From Poseidonia sp. (GTDB lineage: Archaea > Thermoplasmatota > Poseidoniia > Poseidoniales > Poseidoniaceae), in assembly GCA_030827475.1 (NCBI GenBank), contig JAUREJ010000002.1, forward strand, positions 18,027 to 82,026: 64,000 nt of DNA. The letters run 5' to 3'. Positions 36,496-46,200 of this stretch are shown one piece after another. How positions within the stretch are numbered: position 1 is the stretch's first letter; every line of letters begins with the position of its first letter. The notes beneath the pieces are model-generated. The model was given only the letters and a program-made list of their open reading frames with translations. It ran no database searches and had not been told where the DNA came from. Both the position numbers and the translations under genes were made by a program.

Positions 36496-37509
36496 TCACT
36501 GAAGGTTTTGGTAGGTCTGGATTTTCTCAAGCAGGTCGTCGAAGAGCCGAAGCAAGCCTCGCAGCGTCACCTCGGAGACGTTGGCGATGGCACAAACCTC
36601 AGATTGGGTGCGTGGCGAGTCGGTTTCGTTGGAGGCTTTGTAAATCAGAGCTGCGGCGACGCCCATCGGTTTCTTGCCCTGCCAGACGTCGTCGTGAGGC
36701 TTGATGCTGCTCCACAGTGCGTCCAACGGGGTACGGATGCTGGGCTCAAGGCCGAGGTCGGAAATGAACTTGTCAAAGTACTCGTCTGGTCCGGTGATTT
36801 TGTGCATGTTAAGGCGACGTGAGACTTGGCGAATCAATCGGGACAGGTCCTTTTCGGTGATGTCAAACGCCTCAGCGATTTCAGGGATTTGCCGAGGCAG
36901 TTCTTCTTGTCGTGCCACCAAATAGGTACAGGCTGCCGTGACCCCGGCGATGGAGCGGCCGGTGACGAAGCCTTCGCCGGACAACCGGCGGTAGAGACGA
37001 GCGGCCTCTTCCTGCAGCGGCGCTGGAAGGCCGGAGCGGTCGCGGATGAATTGGTTCGCCTTCACGAGGTTACGCTCTCGACTTTTTCGAGTCTTGGAGC
37101 GTTCGTCGATGACCCGTCGCCGCCGCCAATCTCGGCGGGCCTGCGAACTCATGCCGTGACGGGAGGCGATTCCCGTGTTGAGGTCGCGTACGTCAATGGT
37201 GGTGTTCAGGCCCTTGTCGGCCAGGGTGTAGGTCATGGGGCGGCCAACACGAGATCGGTCCTCGCCGTTGTCACGGTTGGTCCATTCTGCACCTGGGTCG
37301 GGAACATTTTCCTCGACCACCAGTCCGCAATCCCCGCAGGTGATTTCGCCTCGAGAGAGATCGAGGTTCCAGTTGACAGCACCGCAATCCTCGCATGGGC
37401 GAGTGTGTCCCTCGAGCGTACGCCGTGAGGGGCGTTCTGCTCCAATACCACGGTGAGCGGTGGTGGGTCCGGGAGCGGCGTTCGTTTTCGATGTGTTCGT
37501 TTGCTTCAT
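36496..37509 (-). CDS. tfb: Transcription initiation factor IIB (TFB) homolog
   Basis: Zn ribbon CEDC...GEITCGDCGLV, EW, RSRVG, DKGL.T.I, two cyclin repeats (GRSI...AAC.Y; GKKP.GVAAA.IY), RTQ.EV...A.VSEVTLR. Confidence 0.9.
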   Translation of the reverse strand: MKQTNTSKTNAAPGPTTAHRGIGAERPSRRTLEGHTRPCEDCGAVNWNLDLSRGEITCGDCGLVVEENVPDPGAEWTNRDNGEDRSRVGRPMTYTLADKGLNTTIDVRDLNTGIASRHGMSSQARRDWRRRRVIDERSKTRKSRERNLVKANQFIRDRSGLPAPLQEEAARLYRRLSGEGFVTGRSIAGVTAACTYLVARQEELPRQIPEIAEAFDITEKDLSRLIRQVSRRLNMHKITGPDEYFDKFISDLGLEPSIRTPLDALWSSIKPHDDVWQGKKPMGVAAALIYKASNETDSPRTQSEVCAIANVSEVTLRGLLRLFDDLLEKIQTYQNLQ

Positions 37510-37540
37510 CTTCTCAACTCCTTGTTTACTAGTGGGTCCT

Positions 37541-37655
37541 TTTACAATTTAAATCTATGGTTTCTCTGCTAACACCAAGTTCTTCTCAAGCCATCGCTTT
37601 TTCGTTTGGTCCCCTCGGCTTGATTTGTCTTGACTTCTCACGAGTCAATATAAAG
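37541..37655. promoter_or_regulatory. AT-rich divergent promoter region between tfb and purA with TATA-like elements
   Basis: TTTACAATTTAAAT at 37541-37554 and AATATAAAG at 37647-37655, within an AT-rich gap in a GC-rich genome. Confidence 0.5.
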
Positions 37656-37764
37656 CGTCGTTCTCCTTCATGCTTGTTTGTTCGGTTTTCCGGACGGTTG
37701 TTTTCAAATCCCTTCAACACAGGGTTCAAGGACGGCCTGCTTCGCCGGATGGTCGGAGAATATC

Positions 37765-39066
37765 ATGCCAGCGACCGTGATTCTCGGGGCTCAATGGGGC
37801 GACGAAGGCAAAGGGAAACTCGTTGACCGTTTGGCCGAGCAAGCCACATGGGTTGCCCGATTTCAAGGGGGAAATAACGCCGGGCACACCGTTGTGTTGG
37901 GCGACCAAGTGCTCAAATTCCATCTCCTTCCCTCCGGGATCACCCGGAAAGAATGCCATCTTGTCCTCGGTGACGGCATGGTCATTGACCCGTGGGTGCT
38001 CGACACCGAACTCACGGGCTGGATGAAATCCTCTGGAGAAGACCCAAGAGGTGAACGCCTCTTCATCAGCGAGCGCGCCCACATCATCCTGCCCTACCAC
38101 CGCTTCATGGACAGTCTGGACACCAAAATCGGGACCACGGGGAGGGGCATCGGCCCAACCTATGCCGACAAAATCAACCGCGTGGGACTTCGGTTTGGTG
38201 ATGTTGCCGAGGTGCTCGGCGATGCGGGATGGGCGGCCTCAACCGCAGCACGCATGAACGCCTCCCTCGAGGCAGCCGGCTCCTCTGAGCGCATCACCGA
38301 GGAAGGGCTGGCAGCGGACATCGCTTGGATTCATGCAACCTACACCACCTCCATCGGCAACACCGGTTTGATGTTGGACAACGCCCTAAAACTGGGCGAA
38401 CACGTCATTCTTGAAGGCGCTCAGGGGTGTTTGCTGGACATCGACCAGGGCACGTTCCCGTTCGTCACCTCTTCGGTGACGTCCAGAGGCAACGCCACCC
38501 ACGGTGCAGGCATCCATCCCGGTCACGTGAACGACGTCATCGGCATCACCAAGGCCTACATCACGCGCGTCGGCAACGGTGCCATGCCGACGGAACTTGA
38601 CGACGAAGCGGGCCAACACATGGGCAAGGTCGGTCACGAATTCGGAACCACCACCGGACGACCGCGTCGTTGCGGCTGGTTTGATGCCGTGGTCATGCGC
38701 CATGCTCAGCGCATCAACGGTTTCACCGGCTTAGCGCTCACGAAATTGGACGTTTTGGGAGGCCTGGACGAGTTGAAAATTTGCGTCGCCTACGAGTTGG
38801 ACGGCAAGGAAATCACCGAATTACCCTCCACGGCTTCTGCTTTGGCCCGTTGCAAACCGATTTACATCTCCATGCCCGGTTTCCCAGCCCTCTCCCTTTC
38901 GGAATGGTTGGCCATGGCGGTTCATGCCAACGAATCGGGGAAGGGCATCTCGGTCCTTCCTACGGCGGCGCAGCACTACATCGCAAAACTCGAAGCCTTG
39001 GTGGGCGTCCCTTGCACGAGCGTTGGGGTTGGACCGGATCGAGACGCCACCATCGACTGCCTCTGA
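37765..39066 (+). CDS. purA: Adenylosuccinate synthetase (long, bacterial-like form, about 433 aa)
   Basis: GAQWGDEGKGK, RFQGGNNAGHT, IGTTGRGIGPTY.DK, EGAQG, FPFVTSS, EFGTTTGRPRRCGW, TKLD. Confidence 0.97.
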   Translation: MPATVILGAQWGDEGKGKLVDRLAEQATWVARFQGGNNAGHTVVLGDQVLKFHLLPSGITRKECHLVLGDGMVIDPWVLDTELTGWMKSSGEDPRGERLFISERAHIILPYHRFMDSLDTKIGTTGRGIGPTYADKINRVGLRFGDVAEVLGDAGWAASTAARMNASLEAAGSSERITEEGLAADIAWIHATYTTSIGNTGLMLDNALKLGEHVILEGAQGCLLDIDQGTFPFVTSSVTSRGNATHGAGIHPGHVNDVIGITKAYITRVGNGAMPTELDDEAGQHMGKVGHEFGTTTGRPRRCGWFDAVVMRHAQRINGFTGLALTKLDVLGGLDELKICVAYELDGKEITELPSTASALARCKPIYISMPGFPALSLSEWLAMAVHANESGKGISVLPTAAQHYIAKLEALVGVPCTSVGVGPDRDATIDCL

Positions 39067-39148
39067 AGTGCAGGCTTCTCGTGGGGTTGGACGGCTGGCC
39101 CGTGGAGGTGAAGGCTCAAAAGGGAGCGGCTCACCGCTCGGTTTACAA

Positions 39149-39221
39149 GGGCGCTTAGCTCAGTTGGAAGAGCGTCTGGTTTGCAACCAGAAGGCCGGGG
39201 GTTCAAATCCCCCAGCGTCCA
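39149..39221 (+). tRNA. tRNA-Ala (UGC), CCA not encoded
   Basis: Cloverleaf GGGCGCT/AGCGTCC-A with G3:U70 Ala identity pair, D arm GCTC/GAGC, anticodon stem TCTGG/CCAGA with loop TTTGCAA, T arm GGGGG-TTCAAAT-CCCCC. Confidence 0.98.
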
Positions 39222-39293
39222 TGTAAAATCGATTGCAGTCCGACGGTTGCTAATCTTAGAGTCCAAACCCCTCAAGGTTCAGACTCACAAGGG

Positions 39294-41816
39294 TCAATCT
39301 TTGTCTTCGGAAATCTCAGCATCAAGCACCAAGTCAACGGCGTATTCTTTGCGTTCCCGAAGAGCGTAGCCGGCTCCGCCAGCCCCCAAAAGAATGAGGA
39401 GCATGAAGAACATCACCGCAAACGGATGGTCGGCGAGCAGGTCGCCCAACGACGTGAAGAATCCGTCGCTGTTGCCGTCGTCGCCCGTTGCCTTGGGTTG
39501 AATCAGTCCGACCACGGTTTGCTGGTCGTAGGCGAGGCGGGTAAAGGTCAGCATGCCGTCCATCGAATCGTCGTAATCATCCGAGGGTGGCGCAGGGTCA
39601 AGGTCCGAGTAGAAGTCCGGCCGTTGCTCAAAGGCGATGTCCACCGGCGAAGCGAGGTCGAGCGTGAGCATCACGTCGACGGTGTAGGGGATGTGCGATT
39701 CAAAGAATTCAGGGTCGTCAAGAATGCCGAACAAGGTTACGGCTTGACCGGTGGTATCGAAATGAGCCCATTTGCCCCATGAGGATTCATCAACGTCGAT
39801 TTCGTAGAACCAAGAATCGGCTACACGGACGCCCTGGCCACTACCGTCGTTGCTGCCGTCATCGCCCAGGTCGATGGAAAGTTGGAGCGTCCCAACTTGA
39901 CCCGTGTCAAGGTCTGCTTCGGTGGCGGTTAGGGTCGCCTGCAGGAGGGTCGTGCCGTTGGGTATCCACACATAATGCGAATCCTCGGTGTAATACAACG
40001 CTCCGGTTTGGCCGTTGTTGAAGTGGTTCCAATCGCCTTTCCAAGCGTGCCGTACTCGGTCCGTGTTGACCGGAATGGTGGTGGTCGTCATCATGTTCTC
40101 GTAGATGTCATATGCATCCCACACGTTGTATTCCGGGTGGTCAACAATGCCGTCGTTGTCCTGGTCCCGCATCAATTGAAGGGTGCGAGCAAGCGCGACT
40201 GCGGCGTCAACATCAGTGAGCCCGTGACCGACTCGCCAATCGTGACAGCCACCGGTTGCGCTTCGATAGCATTCGGCGGGAATGTCGTTGCAGGAATCTT
40301 CGTCGTTGCCGGCTTCGCAGGAATTGTCCATGGCCTCGTAACGAGCGGTGAGTTCCAAAATGAGCTCCACTTCATGTACCCGGCTGAAGTTGGCGGTGTC
40401 CCAATCTTCGAACTGTCCGTAGGCAGCGGTTCCTTCGCCGCCCACAAGGCTGTCCCCGAAATCGTGGTCATCGCGGTGATAGTCTGCTACGCCCAAGGAG
40501 GGGGCGGCATCGAGCAGAAGGCCGGCCATGCCGCCGACGTGCGGCGTGGCCATGGACGTTCCTGAAATGGACATGTAGTACAGGTCACCTTGGGTTCGGG
40601 TTGAAGCGTCAATGGCGGTTCCACGAGGAGCGGTCGCCCAAATGTCCCGGCCGGGTGCGCCGACATCGGGCCATGTGTGCTGCTGGTTCATGCAGCCGCG
40701 GGAGGAAAAGGAGGTGACAGCTGTTCCGTCGTGGGTGAGAGCGGCGACGGAAATGGCCGATGGGGTGTTGGCGTACACGTTCGTGCGCAACCCTCCAGAG
40801 CATTCAGCGCCCGAGCCGCCGCTGTTGGAGGCTGCGAAAATAACGGCTACACCGTTCTCGTAGGTCAGGCGATCGGTGAGTTGGGCGATTACGCCGTTTG
40901 GGTCGTAATCCCCGTCGGTTCCCCACGAGTTGGAGACCACGCGAATGTGGTAGGGGTTTTGGCCAGGTCTCGAATGGGCATAGGTCCACTCCAGTCCCTG
41001 TTCAGCGGCAAAGATTGAGGCGCCATCACCGGTTCCCAACGCCACCAATTGGCCGCCCTTCGCCACCCCTGCACGGCGACCCGAGGAAGCGTCGCCGTTC
41101 CCAGCGATGGTGCCGCCGACGTGCGTACCGTGTCCGGATGAAGTATCGGAGTTGCGGGTTTCGACCCAGCCGGTCGGTCCGAATTTCGCCGAGTACAGGG
41201 TTTTTTCTCCGGTCCAAGGTTCAAGGTAATCGTAGTCGGGGTGTCCAGCATCGACACCGGTGTCCAAATCGACGATGGCGGTACCGTCACCGTCCCATTC
41301 GGTGAACGAGAGGTCGGTTTCGCGTTGGATTTCGCCGTTAGGCTGGACGATGACCCGGGTCCAAGCATCCGTGGCACCGACGATGTGGGTGGTTTCGTGC
41401 ATCATGATACCGGCATTGAACAGGTCGCCACCCCATTCCGAGGGGAGGTAGAAGAAATCCAGCGGCTTGTCAAGTTCAAGGTAAGCTACCCTCTCCCAAG
41501 ACGACAGGTGGCGAACGGCAATCGATGTCCCTTCGACCAAACCGCCGTTCACGAGCGGTGCGTCACCCAAATGGCTCAGGCCCAAGCCGTCCATGTAGGT
41601 GAGGTCGTGGGCGGTGACGGGGGACGTGAGTTGATAGATCACCGGGTGAACATCGTTGTCGTTTGACGAGGCCAACCGTTCAACCAAGTCGGTGTTCATT
41701 CGGCTTTCATCACCGAGCGGATTGACGCCTTCTGCCAAGGGTGAGGCGGTTGCACCAACCATGAGGAGTTGGAGCACAACAGCAGTGAGCAAAAGCGCAC
41801 GACGATGGCTTACCAT
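39294..41816 (-). CDS. Membrane-anchored extracellular subtilase (peptidase S8, AprX-like)
   Basis: Signal peptide and propeptide; catalytic D (DLDTGVD), H (HGTHVGG), oxyanion N (AASNSG), S (GTSMATP); C-terminal TM VMFFMLLILLGAGGAGYAL. Confidence 0.93.
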   Translation of the reverse strand: MVSHRRALLLTAVVLQLLMVGATASPLAEGVNPLGDESRMNTDLVERLASSNDNDVHPVIYQLTSPVTAHDLTYMDGLGLSHLGDAPLVNGGLVEGTSIAVRHLSSWERVAYLELDKPLDFFYLPSEWGGDLFNAGIMMHETTHIVGATDAWTRVIVQPNGEIQRETDLSFTEWDGDGTAIVDLDTGVDAGHPDYDYLEPWTGEKTLYSAKFGPTGWVETRNSDTSSGHGTHVGGTIAGNGDASSGRRAGVAKGGQLVALGTGDGASIFAAEQGLEWTYAHSRPGQNPYHIRVVSNSWGTDGDYDPNGVIAQLTDRLTYENGVAVIFAASNSGGSGAECSGGLRTNVYANTPSAISVAALTHDGTAVTSFSSRGCMNQQHTWPDVGAPGRDIWATAPRGTAIDASTRTQGDLYYMSISGTSMATPHVGGMAGLLLDAAPSLGVADYHRDDHDFGDSLVGGEGTAAYGQFEDWDTANFSRVHEVELILELTARYEAMDNSCEAGNDEDSCNDIPAECYRSATGGCHDWRVGHGLTDVDAAVALARTLQLMRDQDNDGIVDHPEYNVWDAYDIYENMMTTTTIPVNTDRVRHAWKGDWNHFNNGQTGALYYTEDSHYVWIPNGTTLLQATLTATEADLDTGQVGTLQLSIDLGDDGSNDGSGQGVRVADSWFYEIDVDESSWGKWAHFDTTGQAVTLFGILDDPEFFESHIPYTVDVMLTLDLASPVDIAFEQRPDFYSDLDPAPPSDDYDDSMDGMLTFTRLAYDQQTVVGLIQPKATGDDGNSDGFFTSLGDLLADHPFAVMFFMLLILLGAGGAGYALRERKEYAVDLVLDAEISEDKD

Positions 41817-41912
41817 GACCGGTTTCGACGGTCGGACCGCTATAAGAATGATGGTCTTCTGAACCAAACTTGTACAGAGGTACTCAACAAAGATAACAAC
41901 GGTACTCTCAAC

Positions 41913-42203
41913 ATGCGATTGAATCCATCAACGACCCTCTCCATCATGAACGGAGCTCGTGCCTTGTGGAAATGGCTTCGCCGTCCTTCAAGCGAAGAAC
42001 AGGACCGAATGGTTCGGGGCGTTGAACTCGATGTTGAGCGGGAGAGGCTTCGCATCCACCTTGAACACCAGCGGGCGCTGAACCGTCTTCATACTGAAGA
42101 GCGAGAAGAGCGTATGGCGAGCATCATGGGCATGTTTGCGTCGGTTCAAGCCAACAAACAACGACGTTTGGGCCAAGTGGGGGACGCCGAGGGCGAACGT
42201 TGA
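41913..42203 (+). CDS. Small hypothetical helical/coiled-coil protein
   Basis: Protein-like charged heptad sequence filling the gap between the S8 and GST genes. Start could be 41913 or 41946. Confidence 0.5.
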   Translation: MRLNPSTTLSIMNGARALWKWLRRPSSEEQDRMVRGVELDVERERLRIHLEHQRALNRLHTEEREERMASIMGMFASVQANKQRRLGQVGDAEGER

Positions 42204-42208
42204 GAACT

Positions 42209-43153
42209 TCAACCAACATGAGGTCCCTCTGCGGGTCCTGCAGGCACGATGCGGTACGGGTTGAGGCTCTCGTGTGACCAAAAGTAATGCGCTTTGATGT
42301 GGTCCCAGTTGCACGTCTCGCGAACACCGGGAAGAGCGAGCATTCGGTCGATGTAAGCGGTGAGGTTCGGGTAGTCGAGAATGCGTCGCATATTGCATTT
42401 GAAGTGGACAACATACACCAAATCAAACCGAACGAGCGTTGGAAACAGGCAGATATCGGCTTCCGTGAGCACACCGGCTCCCTTTCCAACCAACCAGTCC
42501 CTTCCCTCGAGGTGGGCCTCAAGTTCGTCCAATCGTTGGAAAAGAGCGTTGACGGCGGTGTCGTAGGCCGACTGGGTTCGTGCAAACCCGGACTTGTAAA
42601 CGCCGTTGTTGACCGATTCGTAGTTGGCGTCGATCATTTCGTCGATGTCGTTCTTGAGGTGTTCGGGACACAGGGTTGTCCCGTTTCCTAGACCCGCGTC
42701 CGTCAGCGTCGCGAACATTCGGATGATTTCTCGGCTCTCGTTGTTGACGATGGTGTGCATCTTCTTGTCCCAAAGAACGGGAACGGTTCCCACCTTTCCG
42801 CTCCGTGTCCATCCTTCAAAGGCCCGATTGTAAACACCTTCCAGACTTTGTTCGTCGTGAAGGGATTCGTTGGTCGCTCCAGGTTCGGAGGGATTGAACG
42901 TCCACGAACCGTCCGATTCCATTCGCCAATCCACGACATCGTACGTGATGCAGTCTTCCAATCCCAAGAGGAGCCGTGTGAGAAGGGTCCGATGGGCCCA
43001 TGGGCAAGCGTGGGAGACATAGAGGTGGTAGCGTTCGGCCTCCGCTGAGAACAAGCCGTCGGCCACGATGAAGTCGCGGAATTCACTTTGCTTTCTCACA
43101 AATGCGCCTTCTTTGAACGCCTTGGTCCAAGCGCCTGATTGATCGGTTGTCAT
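42209..43153 (-). CDS. Glutathionyl-hydroquinone reductase (Xi-class GST, YqjG/ECM4 family)
   Basis: RYHLYVS.ACPWAHR, TVPVLWDKK, IVNNES.EI, NNGVYK.GFA, LTEAD..LFPTL.RFD.VY..HFKCN, IK.HY..SH...NP. Confidence 0.93.
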   Translation of the reverse strand: MTTDQSGAWTKAFKEGAFVRKQSEFRDFIVADGLFSAEAERYHLYVSHACPWAHRTLLTRLLLGLEDCITYDVVDWRMESDGSWTFNPSEPGATNESLHDEQSLEGVYNRAFEGWTRSGKVGTVPVLWDKKMHTIVNNESREIIRMFATLTDAGLGNGTTLCPEHLKNDIDEMIDANYESVNNGVYKSGFARTQSAYDTAVNALFQRLDELEAHLEGRDWLVGKGAGVLTEADICLFPTLVRFDLVYVVHFKCNMRRILDYPNLTAYIDRMLALPGVRETCNWDHIKAHYFWSHESLNPYRIVPAGPAEGPHVG

Positions 43154-43274
43154 AGCGCTCCGTTCCTCCAATCGTATATGAGTAGTGGTTAAGGCTCGTC
43201 GCAGCACCTCTCATGATAGATTGGTAATTCAAATACCCAAAAATCGTTTTATGCTGGATGGGGCTGGGAGGGAC

Positions 43275-46200
43275 GTGAAAGCCAAAGCCATCCTTCTTGT
43301 GACTCTTTTCCTCACCAGCTTGGTGCCGCTTGCCCAAAGCAACGCAACGCTGCCGTCCTCGCCTGCACTGTCCTTCTCGCCGATGACTTGCGGCGGACAA
43401 ACCATGTGGGATACCGTAGCCGACGTGAACAACGCCGCGCTCGACATCGTGGGCAACGAAACATACCCTGCGATCTCAACGGCCTCCAATGCGACCAATC
43501 TTTACATCCGGATGCTCCTGGATGAGAGCCCACTTCAAACCTCAACCAACCTGAAATCCTTCTCGTGGGGTTTGGAGTTTGACACTGACGGCAACCTCTC
43601 CACCTACGAGCACCTGATCATCATGAACGGGGCGGGCCAAGACACCCTCTACATCAAAAACAACACCGTGACGACCAGTCCGGACGACCCGACCGACTCC
43701 ACCGAATCAACGTCCGTGACCTTCTCGAACACGGCTTCCTGGTGGAACGTCACGGCGGCTAACTCCGCTTTCGCCGGTTCCACCGATTACTGGCTCACCT
43801 TCATTCTGCCGTGGACGGTGCTTGCCGACCACAACATCACCCGTGAAGCCACGGCGGCGTATTGGTTTGGAACATCAACCCAATCCTCCAACATCAACGG
43901 TGATTTTGTCTGCCATGACGGGCTTTCAAACGACCCTGTGACCCTGCAGGCCCTCGCTTCCGACACGGGTTCGCTCGATCCGACCACTCGGTTGAGTTAC
44001 CCCAATGCGGTCGATACGGCCCTTGGGAAGACGGTATACGCCTCAGTCGTCAACACCTCAACACTCACCATCAATCCCATCGCCGTGCCTCCCTCTGCCA
44101 CCTTCGAGGTCGGGGCCTCCACCAACGGGAACGTCAATGCCACCGTGACGAGTTCCGGTGTTGTGCACCTCACAGGATTGGCCGTTGGCCTTCAAGACGA
44201 GGTGATGGTCTTTGCAAACACAACCTTCGGCACCGACGTTGTGAGCGTCAACACGACCTTCGTCGTCAACGTCACCGAGTACTTAGCCGCAGCTGACCAC
44301 GTTCTAACGGTCGCAGCAGGTTCGCAGTTTGCCAATGTCGTGGGTGTCGGTGCGACTTGGGTGCCGCAAGGCACCACCGTTGAAGCTGAAGGGCTTCCGT
44401 CCAACGTGACCTATGTCCCGCCCCGCTCTGGCATCGTCGAGGTTGCCAACGGCCCACAATCGCTGGTGTGTACCCTGACTGAAAACGGAAGGTTGTTCTG
44501 TCAAGGATATGCCCAGCCCTATTACCAAAGTCCTGATCATGAAAATGCAAATTACTACTACTACTACACCAACAGAGCACCCTCGGAGGTCATGCAGGAA
44601 GGCGGCGAGGCTTGGACGCATGTTGCGGGAACCGCAAACGAAGTGTGCGCCAGCAACGAAGCCAACGAAGTTTGGTGCTGGGGGTCGAACTACGGCTCGG
44701 GCAACATGGGAAGCATCACGCACACCGCTTCGGGCAATCTTACCCAAATGGTCTCTGTCCGCAGCGGGACCTTTTGCGCGCTGTTCGACGAAAGCCTCGA
44801 TTCCGTAACGTGCTGGGGCCGAAACTACGACGGTGTGCTCGGCTCTTCTATCACGAGCGGTTGGACTTCAACCGCCACGACTCACTCGCTGGGTACGGGG
44901 GTCGAGGCCACTGCGCTGTACACCGGAAAGCAAGTCCTCTGTATCGACACGGCCGGAGGCGACCTCTCCTGTATGGGGAGACTCCCCACCTCAACCGGTA
45001 TAACCACCACTTCATCGCCGAGCACGTCCAACACCCTGTCTGACCTCCACGGCCAAAGCGCCATCGTCGACATGGCGAGCGAACCCTACGGCACAACCTG
45101 TGTGGTACTGACCAACGGTAGCGTGGCGTGTTACGGATCCACGGCCAGTTCTTCTTACGTAGCATTCCGGGGCCTCGGCGCCAACGGAACGGCTCCCGTT
45201 GATGCGCACGTCCTGTCCTACGTCGACCTCCCCAACGGAATGAACGCAGAAATGATCGCCGGCCCCGACCTTGAATCAAATGGAGATGCCAACCACTTTT
45301 GCGTTGGGACGGACAGCGCAGAGGCATGGTGCTGGGGCTTCAATCGTACAGCGTACAACTCCTCGCAAGCGGACCCGTACAGTGCACCAGCGCCCACGGC
45401 CTTCTTCAGCGAGGACCTTCCGAGCGGAACGGTAGAGCTCCTCTCCCGAGGTTATAACCACGACGATTCAAACGGTGTCGACCTCGTCCTGACGTCGTCC
45501 AACGAACTCTTGACGCGTTACAATTCGAGCAGTTTGTCGTACTACGACCGCGGAAACACCCAGAACAAATCCGCATCGTATTGGACGGGTAACGATGGTT
45601 CCTACAATTCCTCGGCTCGGTGGCACGGTTGGGATTTGCCGAGCCACGTGTTGAAGGGTGAAGCGCCAGACCAGGAGGGCACGTCGAGAATCGTGCTGCA
45701 TTACAACACGTCAACGACTTCGAGCCGCGTTTTGGTGGACCTTGTGGTAACCGATCCCTTCCGATTCACCGCACCGATTTACGAGTATGAAATAGACACG
45801 CCCGTGAATCAGCCAATCGATATCCGTGACCTCTGCGATAACAGCGTTGCAGGCCAGCGATGCGATGTGTTCTTCGCCCCCGAACAACCCCGTGGGCTCG
45901 ACCTTGTGAACGGGATGAGCAGCAACATTGGGGTCTATTCCTTTGAAGGAACCGCTCAGGCCAACGTGATCAACACCACCTTTTCGATCGTTGCGCAGCA
46001 GTGGGTCGACGCCTACGAAACGGCCACGATACCCGCCTTCAACAGCGGTGCGATGGTTACGACCTTCGAGAACGTGGTCACCATGCGACCGAGCCTTCGC
46101 TCCTACGGAACCTTCCCTGTTGTTGCGAACGGCTTCCCCTTCGACGCCAAACTTGACCGTCTGCTGCCTTTGATGGTGGCGTCGGAATCCTTCTCGTTTG

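Noticed and set aside
37680-37764. Purine riboswitch-like leader before purA
   Set aside because: Only short, weak complementarity (TCCGG/CCGGA); no recognisable aptamer consensus.
39120-39300. tRNA-Ala as an integration site for an island (S8, GST, giant protein, RsuA downstream)
   Set aside because: No integrase, no duplicated tRNA 3' end seen in the window, and no obvious compositional shift. The GAGCGG-CTCA-CCGCTC hairpin upstream is too short to interpret.
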